Assembly: GCA_031285625.1 (NCBI GenBank)
Contig: JAITVV010000058.1
Span: forward strand, 1-58,709
DNA length: 58,709 nucleotides
Reading direction: 5' to 3'
Source: Prevotella sp.
GTDB taxonomy: Bacteria; Bacteroidota; Bacteroidia; Bacteroidales; Dysgonomonadaceae
Shown here: positions 9,636-19,152 of the stretch, one piece after another
Position numbering within the stretch: position 1 is the stretch's first letter
Layout: each line of letters begins with the position of its first letter
Notes under the pieces: model-generated
What the model was told of the DNA's origin: nothing
What the model saw: the letters and a program-made list of their open reading frames with translations, nothing else
Databases searched by the model: none
Position numbers and translations under genes: made by a program

Positions 9636-10172
9636 ATGGACCCTCTTGTTATTATTGAAAAATATTATAAAAAAGACTCAGACCTGTACAATATATTGAT
9701 TAGCCATAGTACAGACGTAATGAATAAAGCACTATCGATTGCCCAAAAGCATCCAGAATTAAGTATCGATACGGATTTCATTAAGGAAGCTGCAATGTTG
9801 CATGATATCGGTATTTTTCTCACAAATGCACCTTCTATCCATTGTTATGGTATAGCTCCTTATGTATGTCATGGCTATCTCGGGCGCGAAATACTTGATG
9901 CTGAAGGTTACCCATTACATGGGCTTGTATGTGAAAGACATACGGGTGTCGGTATTTCATTAGAGGAAATAGAAATAGAAAATCTTCCTCTCCCCCGTCG
10001 CGATATGCGTCCTGTCAGTATAGAAGAGAAAGTTATCTGTTTTGCAGATTGTTTTTACTCTAAAACGAATCCCGGTAAGGAAAAATCAATAGAGAAGATC
10101 CGCAGAGGAATATCTAAACATGGTATAAATTCTCTGGATATTTTTGATGAATGGTGTATTGATTTTCTTTAA
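9636..10172 (+). CDS. HD-domain metal-dependent phosphohydrolase
   Basis: HS, AAMLHDIG, HGYLG, CERH, FAD motifs. Confidence 0.9.
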   Translation: MDPLVIIEKYYKKDSDLYNILISHSTDVMNKALSIAQKHPELSIDTDFIKEAAMLHDIGIFLTNAPSIHCYGIAPYVCHGYLGREILDAEGYPLHGLVCERHTGVGISLEEIEIENLPLPRRDMRPVSIEEKVICFADCFYSKTNPGKEKSIEKIRRGISKHGINSLDIFDEWCIDFL

Positions 10173-10173
10173 A

Positions 10174-10911
10174 TTATTTCTTAGCCAGATACATTGAACA
10201 AATACCAAAAGTATAGGTTTTACAGGATGCCTCTTTAAAACCATTTTTCAGGAGTGTATTTACCATTTCTTTTCCCTGAATAAAAACTTCAATAGATTTA
10301 GGTAAGTAGGAGTACGCTGTTTTATCTTTTGATATTAAACGTCCTATAGTCGGGATAAACATTCTGGAATATAGCCAATAAGCCTGCTTCATAGGAAAAT
10401 GTTGCGGTGTGGATAGCTCCAAAATCATAAGCTGGCCTCCCGGTTTCAAGATACGAAGTATTTCTTTTAGTCCCTTGTCCAGGTCTTCAAAATTCCTGAC
10501 TCCGAATGCAACCATTGCGGCATCAAAAGAACTGTCAGGCAATTCCAAAGCCATACAATCTTGTCTTTCAAAACTTATCTTATCCGACAGACCTACTTTT
10601 GCAACCTTCTGTCTGCCTACATTCATCATCCCTTCCGAGATATCTATACCTAATATTGACTGAGGTTTTAGTATACCGTAAGCTTGTATTGCCAGATCAC
10701 CGGTTCCCGTAGCAATGTCAAGTATATTTTGCGGATTGATTTTCTTCAATATTGATATACCTTTTTTACGCCAGCCTCTATCAATACCCATTGACATGGT
10801 ATGATTGAGCGTGTCATAATTTTCGGCGATGGAATCGAACATACGTTCTACTTGCACTCCTTTGTTTTCGTCAGAGGAGTAAGGAAGAATTTTTTCAGCT
10901 TCGTAAGTCAT
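10174..10911 (-). CDS. menG: Demethylmenaquinone methyltransferase (UbiE/MenG)
   Basis: MFDSIAENYDTLN, ILDIATGTGD, AFGVRN, LKPGG, AYSYLPKSI. Confidence 0.95.
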   Translation of the reverse strand: MTYEAEKILPYSSDENKGVQVERMFDSIAENYDTLNHTMSMGIDRGWRKKGISILKKINPQNILDIATGTGDLAIQAYGILKPQSILGIDISEGMMNVGRQKVAKVGLSDKISFERQDCMALELPDSSFDAAMVAFGVRNFEDLDKGLKEILRILKPGGQLMILELSTPQHFPMKQAYWLYSRMFIPTIGRLISKDKTAYSYLPKSIEVFIQGKEMVNTLLKNGFKEASCKTYTFGICSMYLAKK

Positions 10912-10916
10912 TATGA

Positions 10917-11483
10917 TTATACATTTTTCAGGTAGAAGAATGTATCCTCGTCCTGAATATCTATGATTTTGGTTTTTTTACCTTCGGCTATCATCCTGAA
11001 AGGATCTGTAGAATTGTCTACTAACAACCAGTAGTCAGCAATAGGAACAAATAAGGAGAAGAGGTTTCTCATACCAGCAAAGTAGCGCCTCACCACTACA
11101 TCATCAGGCACATGATGTCCGCCAAAACGTACCCGTTGCTCTACTCTCTTAATCGCTAATTCCGGCGATTCCAGCCAGAAATAAATGAGGGTAACAAAGT
11201 AGCCTTCGGCTTGAGCCCTTCTTATAAAGTTTACATAAGATTTGGTTGCTAACGTAGTCTCTATAGCAAAATCTTCCTGCATGCGTAGCATTTCGTTCAT
11301 ACGCATCAACATGAGACGACCGGCTTCGATAGCTACCTTTTCGGGTTGAAACGGAGATAATCCTTTTGCTATTTCGTCTGCGTTGATAAACTCCTTACAA
11401 TCCAGCATTTCGGGAAACATGGCGTATGATGCGGTCGTTTTGCCCGCACCATTACAGCCTGATATGATATAGAGATTTGGCAT
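10917..11483 (-). CDS. Zeta-toxin-like P-loop NTPase/kinase
   Basis: IISGCNGAGKTT, FINADEIA, FAIETTL, RVxQRVRFGGH, RRY, DNS. Confidence 0.85.
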   Translation of the reverse strand: MPNLYIISGCNGAGKTTASYAMFPEMLDCKEFINADEIAKGLSPFQPEKVAIEAGRLMLMRMNEMLRMQEDFAIETTLATKSYVNFIRRAQAEGYFVTLIYFWLESPELAIKRVEQRVRFGGHHVPDDVVVRRYFAGMRNLFSLFVPIADYWLLVDNSTDPFRMIAEGKKTKIIDIQDEDTFFYLKNV

Positions 11484-11489
11484 CTAAAC

Positions 11490-12440
11490 TTATCCTCTCT
11501 TCTTTAAGTATTTACTAACATTTTCTTCGATGCGTTCAGCTACATTACTAGCATCTGCTTTTATAAATTTTTCTCCAACTATTTTTTCATATAGTTCGAT
11601 ATAGCGCTCCGATACGCTATTGCAATATTCTTCTGTCATTTCAGGAACCTTTTGTCCGTCTTTTCCCTGAAATCCATTATCCATTAACCATTTGCGGACA
11701 AACTCTTTGGACAACTGTCTTTGCTCTTCTCCCTTATTAAATAAATCGAGATAACTATCAGCATAAAAATAGCGGGAAGAATCCGGAGTATGAATTTCAT
11801 CAATAAGGTATATTTTACCATCTTTTTTACCAAATTCATATTTTGTATCTACAAGGATCAAGCCTTTTTGATCAGCCATTTCGTTTCCGCGTTGGAATAA
11901 AGCATATGTATATTTTTCTAATTGCTCATATTCTTCTCTGTTTACCAATCCTTGCGCAATGATTTCTTCTTTCGATATATTTTCATCATGTCCTTCATCA
12001 GCCTTTGTAGTAGGGGTAATTATAGGAGTAAGGAATTTTTCGTTTTCTTTCATCCCATCCGGAAGTGCTACTCCACAAAGCGTTCTGGCTCCGGCTTTAT
12101 ATTCGCGCCATGCACTCCCTGTAAGATATCCACGAATTACCATTTCCACTTTATATGGTTCGCAGCGCAGTCCTGCAGTTACCGTAGGGTCAGGTGTTGC
12201 AAGCTTCCAGTTTGGAACAATGTCGGCTGTTGCATCCAAGAATTTGGCAGCAATCTGATTTAGTACCTGTCCTTTATATGGTATTCCCTGAGGCAATACA
12301 ACATCAAAAGCAGATATACGGTCTGTTGCGATCATTACCAGTAAATCTTCACCTATGGAATATACATCCCTTACTTTACCATGATAGACATTTGTTTGTC
12401 CTGTGAATTGATAATTTGTATTTACTAAAGTATTCTTCAT
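11490..12440 (-). CDS. purC: SAICAR synthetase
   Basis: [36 protein letters not shown]; start at ATG 12440. Confidence 0.97.
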   Translation of the reverse strand: MKNTLVNTNYQFTGQTNVYHGKVRDVYSIGEDLLVMIATDRISAFDVVLPQGIPYKGQVLNQIAAKFLDATADIVPNWKLATPDPTVTAGLRCEPYKVEMVIRGYLTGSAWREYKAGARTLCGVALPDGMKENEKFLTPIITPTTKADEGHDENISKEEIIAQGLVNREEYEQLEKYTYALFQRGNEMADQKGLILVDTKYEFGKKDGKIYLIDEIHTPDSSRYFYADSYLDLFNKGEEQRQLSKEFVRKWLMDNGFQGKDGQKVPEMTEEYCNSVSERYIELYEKIVGEKFIKADASNVAERIEENVSKYLKKRG

Positions 12441-12504
12441 ATCGTTTATAATTTGAATTTCCTTACTTATAACACACAAACAGCAAAGCCGTTCACCTTT
12501 TTAA

Positions 12505-13083
12505 TTACTTTATATTTTCTTGCGTATGCTTATACCTGTCTATCAATGTAATTAATTTTTCAGCATATTCTTTTACCTCTTTATTCTCAGCTTTTTTGAA
12601 TGATTTGATCAGGTCATATGCTTCAACAATAAAATTAGCAGAAAATTTATGCCAAAAATAGATCTTTTCTCCGGTAAAATTTCCCCATAGTTCTTCGTCT
12701 GTTTCTTCACTCTCAAATTCGGGCCATAGGTCATCCCAAAGTTTTGCTTTCTTTTTACTGGGAGGTTTTCTAAATTCAAGCTGAAATTCAGCAGCTCTGA
12801 AAACTGAATATAGAATAGCTAACAGCCATGATTTATCTGTTCCGGGCTCTTTTAATAATTCTATAAGAATTTTGACCATCGCTGGAGTTGCCTGATAAAG
12901 CGTATCCTGATGTTCAATAATATTTAGGATCTCTTTATAGGGATTCTCATCACCTTCATTTTTCAATATCTCATGTACATATTCAGGAAAAACAGTTGCC
13001 CGTCCGTAGCAAGTCGTAAGCCTGCTCCACGGTGTATTGCTCAGCATTTTTTCTAATCGTGAAGAGATTGCTTTTTCGCCCAT
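12505..13083 (-). CDS. Hypothetical cytoplasmic helical protein
   Basis: 192-aa ORF with WxxLxxxYGxA and IEHQxTLYxATP motifs; function not recognised. Confidence 0.7.
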   Translation of the reverse strand: MGEKAISSRLEKMLSNTPWSRLTTCYGRATVFPEYVHEILKNEGDENPYKEILNIIEHQDTLYQATPAMVKILIELLKEPGTDKSWLLAILYSVFRAAEFQLEFRKPPSKKKAKLWDDLWPEFESEETDEELWGNFTGEKIYFWHKFSANFIVEAYDLIKSFKKAENKEVKEYAEKLITLIDRYKHTQENIK

Positions 13084-13280
13084 GCTATATAAGTTTTAAA
13101 AAGCTAACACCAAAGTTAATTGAACTATGTTAAAAAAACAACGACAAGGAAAGAAATAACTCATTTTTGCAATTAGAATTTGTTCTATCCGATGTTGTCT
13201 TTAAGTCAAACAGGATATTTTCTTCTCTTTTTCAAACTTTTAGGCAAAAACACTTCATAATTCAAATTAATCAGTATTTT

Positions 13281-13300
13281 TACATACCAAATGGTATGTA
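13281..13300. promoter_or_regulatory. Probable TetR autoregulatory operator
   Basis: Perfect palindrome TACATACCA-AA-TGGTATGTA ending 2 nt before the TetR ATG. Confidence 0.8.
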
Positions 13301-13302
13301 TT

Positions 13303-13902
13303 ATGACAGATTCAAAAAAGCAAATATTACACACAGCCTTAAAGTTATTTCTCAGAAATTCTTATAAGGAAGTATCTCTAAGAGATATAGTAGATGAAGT
13401 AGGATTAACAAAGGGAGCATTTTATCATTACTATGCCAGTAAAGAGCAACTATTTGAAGAAGTAGTAAAGTACTTCTATAATAATGCCATAATCACTAAC
13501 TACAACAATTTTCCCAAAAGTTCCCTAAAAGAATTTTATGAATATTATTTGAATACTTTGCAAGAACCTGATGACTTTGATGATGTAGAAGGGGATATGA
13601 ATTTCTTTATTTTTTTATCCGAAGCATCTAAAAGGATCCCTACTTTTATGGAAATACACCTCGTACAGCGTAAAAAAGAACTTTGGGCATGGTCTGAAAT
13701 TATCGAAATAGCCAAAAGAAATAAGGAAATTAAATCTAATATCCCAAATGAAGATCTGGCTATAATGTTCCTGAATATGAGTGATGGTGTATCAATGAAC
13801 AGGGCTATTAATGGTAAAGAAGGGATTGCAGCACTCAATGATGTAAAGAGAGATTGGGACAATCTGTATAATTTACTGAAAACTAGAAAGAAACCCATCT
13901 AA
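13303..13902 (+). CDS. TetR/AcrR family transcriptional regulator
   Basis: ILHTALKLF...VSLRDIVDEVGLTKGAFYHYYASKEQLF HTH; start at MTDSKK. Confidence 0.95.
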   Translation: MTDSKKQILHTALKLFLRNSYKEVSLRDIVDEVGLTKGAFYHYYASKEQLFEEVVKYFYNNAIITNYNNFPKSSLKEFYEYYLNTLQEPDDFDDVEGDMNFFIFLSEASKRIPTFMEIHLVQRKKELWAWSEIIEIAKRNKEIKSNIPNEDLAIMFLNMSDGVSMNRAINGKEGIAALNDVKRDWDNLYNLLKTRKKPI

Positions 13903-14015
13903 ATCAAATAATAATTTTATTTTTCTCATTTTTTATAAAATATTTTTTCTTCTCAGTTGTCTGCATATGTAGAGAGCTTTTAGAGATAATGTAAAATGCA
14001 AATTAAAATAATAAA

Positions 14016-14363
14016 ATGAGAAAATTAAGATTTCTGATGCCTGTTGGCTTTTTACTATTGATTGCCGGCTCCGGAGCAATAGTTATGTTATTGTGGAATT
14101 GGCTTATGCCTGTTATATTTGGTTTGGTTGCTATTAATTTCTGGCAGGCATTAGGTATATTCATTCTTACGCGTATTTTGTTTGGAGGGTTTGGTTTTGG
14201 ACGAAGAGGTATGGGAGAAAACCCCATCCATCGGAAATGGAATAAGATGACTCCTGAGCAGCGGAAAGAATTTATTGAAAGTAGAAGGCGATTCGGTTTT
14301 GGTGGCCCCTTTGGCAGGGAACGTTTTGACATGAAGGAATTTGAAGAACAAGAAAATGAGTAA
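14016..14363 (+). CDS. Small membrane protein coupled to an ECF sigma factor
   Basis: VMLLWNWLMP, INFWQALG, ILFGGFG, MTPEQRKEF; overlaps the sigma-factor start. Confidence 0.8.
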   Translation: MRKLRFLMPVGFLLLIAGSGAIVMLLWNWLMPVIFGLVAINFWQALGIFILTRILFGGFGFGRRGMGENPIHRKWNKMTPEQRKEFIESRRRFGFGGPFGRERFDMKEFEEQENE

Positions 14364-14922
14364 GCAAACAGAGGCGAATGGGGTTGAGAAACTTGTAAAA
14401 GAATATCAACCACAATTAAAATCATTCATTCGCAAAAGGGTTTCTAATAAAGAGGATGCCGAAGATATTCTACAAGATGTATTTTATCAATTGATTAATG
14501 CGGTTGGAAATACAGTCAATCCTATCGAACAAATGGCGGCATGGTTATATCGTGTGACCCGGAATACAATTATTAATAAAACAAGGAAGAAAAAAGAGGA
14601 AGAGTTTCCTATTTCGGGGTACGATGAAGAAGGTAGCATATTAAAAGATTTTTCTGAAATATTGTTTAACGATGATAACCCGACACCTGAAACCGAATAC
14701 CTTCGATCGCTTGTATGGCAGGAACTTGAACTCGCCTTGTCCGAGCTTCCATCTGAGCAAAGAGAAATATTTGAATTGACAGAAATAGAAGGGCTTCCTG
14801 TAAAAGAAATATCAGAAGCCACAGGAATACAGGTCAATACATTGCTTTCACGAAAACATTATGCAGTTAAATCTCTTCGTAAGCGCCTTGAAGGATTATA
14901 CAAAGACATTATTTATTATTGA
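14356..14922 (+). CDS. ECF RNA polymerase sigma factor
   Basis: EDAEDILQDVF, AWLYRVTRN, LPSEQREIF, KEISEATGIQVNTLLSRKHYA. Confidence 0.93.
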   Translation: MSKQTEANGVEKLVKEYQPQLKSFIRKRVSNKEDAEDILQDVFYQLINAVGNTVNPIEQMAAWLYRVTRNTIINKTRKKKEEEFPISGYDEEGSILKDFSEILFNDDNPTPETEYLRSLVWQELELALSELPSEQREIFELTEIEGLPVKEISEATGIQVNTLLSRKHYAVKSLRKRLEGLYKDIIYY

Positions 14923-14942
14923 ATCTATTTTTTTTATTTGGA

Positions 14943-14962
14943 AACATACCTATCGGTAGGTA
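14943..14962. promoter_or_regulatory. Second TetR-type operator, upstream of the OMP gene
   Basis: ACATACC-TATC-GGTAGGT versus ACATACC-AAAT-GGTATGT at 13282-13299. Confidence 0.7.
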
Positions 14963-14978
14963 TTTATTATTGAATGAT

Positions 14979-17297
14979 ATGAAAACAAAAATAATTTTAC
15001 TATTGCTTACAGCATTCTTTTTTATTACAAATACTTTATCTGCACAATCGATAATCAAAGGCAGGGTATTGGATGCTGAGGATAAAACTCCTATTGAGTT
15101 TGCCAATGTAGTATTAATGAAACAAGACTCAAGTTATGTTTCAGGTATAAATACGAATATAAATGGTTATTTTGAAATAGATAATTCTTTCAATAAAGGG
15201 GAGATTTTATCTACTTCTTTTATTGGATACGAAACAGCTTATCAATCCGTAGTTGGTTCAGAAAACGATAGTATAATTGTTTTTCTGAAGCCATCTTCTA
15301 TAAATCTGGATGAAGTAATTATTCAGGCACGGTCAATAATTGTAAAAGATGATCGCAAAGTAATACTCCCCTCTGAGGAACAGATAAGAATGTCAACAGA
15401 TGGAACGGATATACTCCGAAAGATGCAATTACCCCGTATTATGGTCGACCCTGTCTCAGGTGAGATCAGTATGTCGGGAAGCGGTACGTTACAATTACGG
15501 ATCAACGGGGTACAGGTGACTAATGCCGAAATTGCTTCGATTCCTCCCGCTGATATCCTTCGTATCGAGTATTATGACGATCCTGGTGCCCGTTATGGGA
15601 AGGCCGATGCTGTTATTGACTATATAACACGCCGGAAAGAAACAGGAGGTAATATAAATGGAGTGTTTTTCAACGGAGGCGGGCATAGGAGGGTATCTCT
15701 TGACGATCGACTTTCTTTAAAATATAATTATGGGAAATCAGAGTTTTCTGCAAATGCTATGTTTGTATAGCGTAAACAAGACTGGACACGTGAGTATGAT
15801 GAAAAATTAATCTTTCCCGACCGTGAACTACATCAAATTGAAGTTGGTGAACCTACCACATTTAATAAAAAGGTCTTTAGCACTAATCTGAACTACAGTC
15901 TGGCAGAGAAGGATAAATATTTCTTTAATGCTCAGTTGAGATATATCCGCAATGATTTTCCAAATAGCTACGAGGATAGGAAAAGTAAACGTTATACGAC
16001 AGATTCAGATAATCCGTTATCTATTTTTGACCATACTGTAGAAAAAAGTAATTCCCCAGCCTTAGACCTCTATTTTCAGTACAACTTAAAGGATGATCAA
16101 CAATTGATTTTTAATGTTGTAGGAACTTATATCGATACTGATAGTAAACGCACTTATCAGGAAAAAGAAAATGGTAATCTGATTACAGACATTTTTTCAC
16201 ATATCAGTGGAAATAAATATTCTCTTATAGCTGAAGGAATTTATGAAAAGAAGATCAAACAAGGTAAATTGACAGGAGGTATAAAGCACTTACAATCTTA
16301 CACAAATAACAAGTATGATGGGACTACTATTGCTGATATAGCAATGCAACAAGCAGAAAGTTCTATCTATACTGAATACCAGGGACGCACCGGTAAGTGG
16401 GGATACATGGCAAACATTACAGGGAGCCGTTTGTATTATAGTCAGGGAAATAACCATACAGAAAAGTATGCTCTTCAGCCCTCTGTTCGTTTAGCATATG
16501 AACTGAACGATAATTTATATTTCAGATATAGGATTAACCTGTGTAATAATGCCCCATCGTTGGCAGCTATGAATGATGTGAAACAGGATATAGATACATG
16601 GCAGGTACGTAGGGGAAATCCTAATCTCGACGCTTTTAATACACTCAGTCAAAGCTTCACAACAGGTTATAATAAAGGTATTTTTGGCGTAGATGTAATG
16701 ATTGGCTATGATTATGAATATAAGCCTATAATGGAATCTGTTATCTACGAAAATGGGGAATTTGTGCACACTTATGAAAATCAAAAGTCATTTCAAAATC
16801 TGAGTGCAGAAGCCACATTCAAAATTAAACCATGGAAAAACCATTTAAGCCTATCTGTTACCCCACGCATAAATCGTTTTATAAGTACAGGGAACGGTTA
16901 TCTACATACTTATACCATGCCGGAAGTAAGAGTTAATCTCGATTTCTCATACAATAACTGGTTGGCAAATTTTACAACAATCACTCCTCCGCGATTCATG
17001 TATGGCGAACAATTGATGAAGAGTGACCAGATGTATACAATTATGGCTGGCTATAAGCAATCAAGCTGGGCAATCATGGCAGGCGTTTTAAATCCTTTTA
17101 CAAGTGAATATAAAACAGACAACAGAAACTGGTCTACCCTAAATCCTGTAACTTCAAAAATACATACATCAAACAACAGGTCTTTCCTGGTTAAGCTAAG
17201 TTTCAACCTAAACTACGGGAAACAATTAAAAGGTGGACGCAAGGAAATTAATAATACAGATACAGATTCCGGAATCATGCAGGGTGTGAAAAATTAG
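14979..17297 (+). pseudogene. Outer-membrane beta-barrel protein (carboxypeptidase-regulatory-like N-domain, TonB-receptor-like) interrupted by one in-frame TAG at 15768-15770
   Basis: The two ORFs are in the same frame (15936-14919=1017 nt); after the TAG the frame stays open (RKQDWTREYDEK...NAQLRYIRN); signal peptide MKTKIILLLL; GNPNL barrel motif. Confidence 0.85.
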
Positions 17298-17324
17298 AAA
17301 TCGTATTTATTATGAGCTATGAAT

Positions 17325-17353
17325 AAAAAAACCGGAGACTACTCCGGTTTTTT
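17325..17353. terminator. Bidirectional intrinsic terminator
   Basis: AAAAAACCGGAG-ACTA-CTCCGGTTTTTT between convergent genes, overlapping the phoH stop. Confidence 0.85.
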
Positions 17354-18310
17354 ATCTAATCTTAGTTTCTTCTCTCTTTTGTCCTCTTTTTCATAAGCTT
17401 CAACAATACGCTGAACTAACTTGTGCCGGACTATATCCCCTTTATCAAACTCGATATGACCAATACCCTTTACTCCATTCAGGATGCGAAGAGCATGCTT
17501 TAAGCCCGATTGCTGGGATGGAGGCAGGTCTATTTGGGTAATATCACCTGTTATGATCATCTTAGCATTCATACCCAGACGGGTTAAGAACATCTTAATC
17601 TGATGTGTCGTGGTATTCTGTGCTTCATCCAGTATAATAATTGCATCACTTAATGTGCGCCCACGCATAAAGGCTAAAGGTGCTATCTGAATCGTTTTGT
17701 TTTCAATATAGTCTTTCAGCTTGGCAGGAGCTATCATATCCTCCAATGCATCATATAATGGTTGCAGATACGGATCTATTTTCTCTTTCATATCTCCCGG
17801 CAAAAAGCCGAGTTTCTCGCCTGCTTCAACAGCCGGGCGACTAAGGATAATCTTTTTAACCTCCTTGTTCTTCAAAGCTCTTACTGCTAAGGCAATAGCT
17901 GTGTAGGTTTTACCAGAACCGGCAGGGCCTATGCCAAACACCATATCATTCTTGTTGAAACTATCTACAAATTTCTGTTGATTTGGTGTACGGGCAAAAA
18001 TTGGCTTACCGCTTATCCCGTAAATAATCAGGTTATCTTGTTTGATTACATTTGGAGAATTACCTTTTACAATATCTATTATGTCTTCCTGAGTCAATTT
18101 GTTACGATCGACTGAAAACGTTTCCAATTCTCTTATTTTTTCTTCAAATAAGGGTACGTCTTCTGCATTTCCTGTAACTTTTATCGCGTTCCCACGCGCA
18201 ACAATACGTAATTTAGGAAAAAGTGTTTTTAGTAATTGTATATTGGCATTGTTTATCCCGAAAAAGACCACAGGGTCTATATGCTCTAAAATAATTATTT
18301 GTTCTATCAT
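17339..18310 (-). CDS. phoH: PhoH-like ATPase
   Basis: GPAGSGKT, RPAVEAGEKLGFLPGD, APLAFMRGRTL, DEAQN. Confidence 0.95.
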   Translation of the reverse strand: MIEQIIILEHIDPVVFFGINNANIQLLKTLFPKLRIVARGNAIKVTGNAEDVPLFEEKIRELETFSVDRNKLTQEDIIDIVKGNSPNVIKQDNLIIYGISGKPIFARTPNQQKFVDSFNKNDMVFGIGPAGSGKTYTAIALAVRALKNKEVKKIILSRPAVEAGEKLGFLPGDMKEKIDPYLQPLYDALEDMIAPAKLKDYIENKTIQIAPLAFMRGRTLSDAIIILDEAQNTTTHQIKMFLTRLGMNAKMIITGDITQIDLPPSQQSGLKHALRILNGVKGIGHIEFDKGDIVRHKLVQRIVEAYEKEDKREKKLRLDKKPE

Positions 18311-18427
18311 TCAGTTTAATATCAACAAAGTACCATACGATTTTAATTTGGTTAGTCGGGTTATGTGTAATGATTTTGGTAATGGTTTGCAAAGATAATG
18401 ATATTCTCAGACAATTTGTTTATTTTT

Positions 18428-19018
18428 CTATTTTAAACAAAATTGCTGTTTGTGAGAATTAAAGGAATCTTCATTCCTCGAAGAGTAATATACATCTCCC
18501 ACAGAGTTGTCATCTGATAAATACCAGATCATTGAATCTTTCTTCCAATAGATATAAAGGCCATCGAATGCAACAACTTTTTCCCATTCTGCATCCAGTA
18601 TGGTAAATAACTGATTGCGTTCTAGTAATACTTCTGCTCCAAAAGGATATCCTATAGCACATTGGTAATATAAAATATCTGACAGGAATTTTTCGAGAGA
18701 AATATTCTCAAGCAGGTACCATTCATCATCGGCTTGCTGATATACTTTTGTGTCTTTCATATCGAATGCCCAACGGCATACATCTTGATTTTCTTCGAGA
18801 AACTGTATCTTATTATCTACTACCAACAAATCATAGACAGGATAAAAATGGCAAAATGAATCCATAAAAAGAGCATCATTCCCAATTTCTTGATACATAT
18901 ACTTTAGAGGTTCGGGTAACTGTAATTCAAGTAAAAGTTCTACAACCTCAATCTCTTCTTTTTTGATTCCATTGCCTGCAGATTCTCCAAGTAAATTTTG
19001 TATTGTTTGTTTTATCAT
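18428..19018 (-). CDS. SMI1/KNR4 (SUKH)-like putative immunity protein
   Basis: GIKKEEIEVVELLLELQLPEPLKYMY N-terminal pattern and FLEENQ motif; start taken at MIKQTIQ. Confidence 0.6.
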   Translation of the reverse strand: MIKQTIQNLLGESAGNGIKKEEIEVVELLLELQLPEPLKYMYQEIGNDALFMDSFCHFYPVYDLLVVDNKIQFLEENQDVCRWAFDMKDTKVYQQADDEWYLLENISLEKFLSDILYYQCAIGYPFGAEVLLERNQLFTILDAEWEKVVAFDGLYIYWKKDSMIWYLSDDNSVGDVYYSSRNEDSFNSHKQQFCLK

Positions 19019-19152
19019 CAGATACTTATCTGTGTGTTTTATTAATATGTTGAATAGATTGATAACAAAGATAAATAATACTTTCATTTATTTTTTTCTA
19101 TCTTTGTTTTCTTGTAAAATTATTAAGAATTCATCTAAACTATATACAGACT

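Noticed and set aside
15768-15770. Genome-wide TAG recoding or pyrrolysine as the explanation for the amber codon
   Set aside because: Several intact genes here end properly in TAG (mltF, phoH, comM, the exonuclease, wzx), no other internal TAG was seen, and no pyl genes are present.
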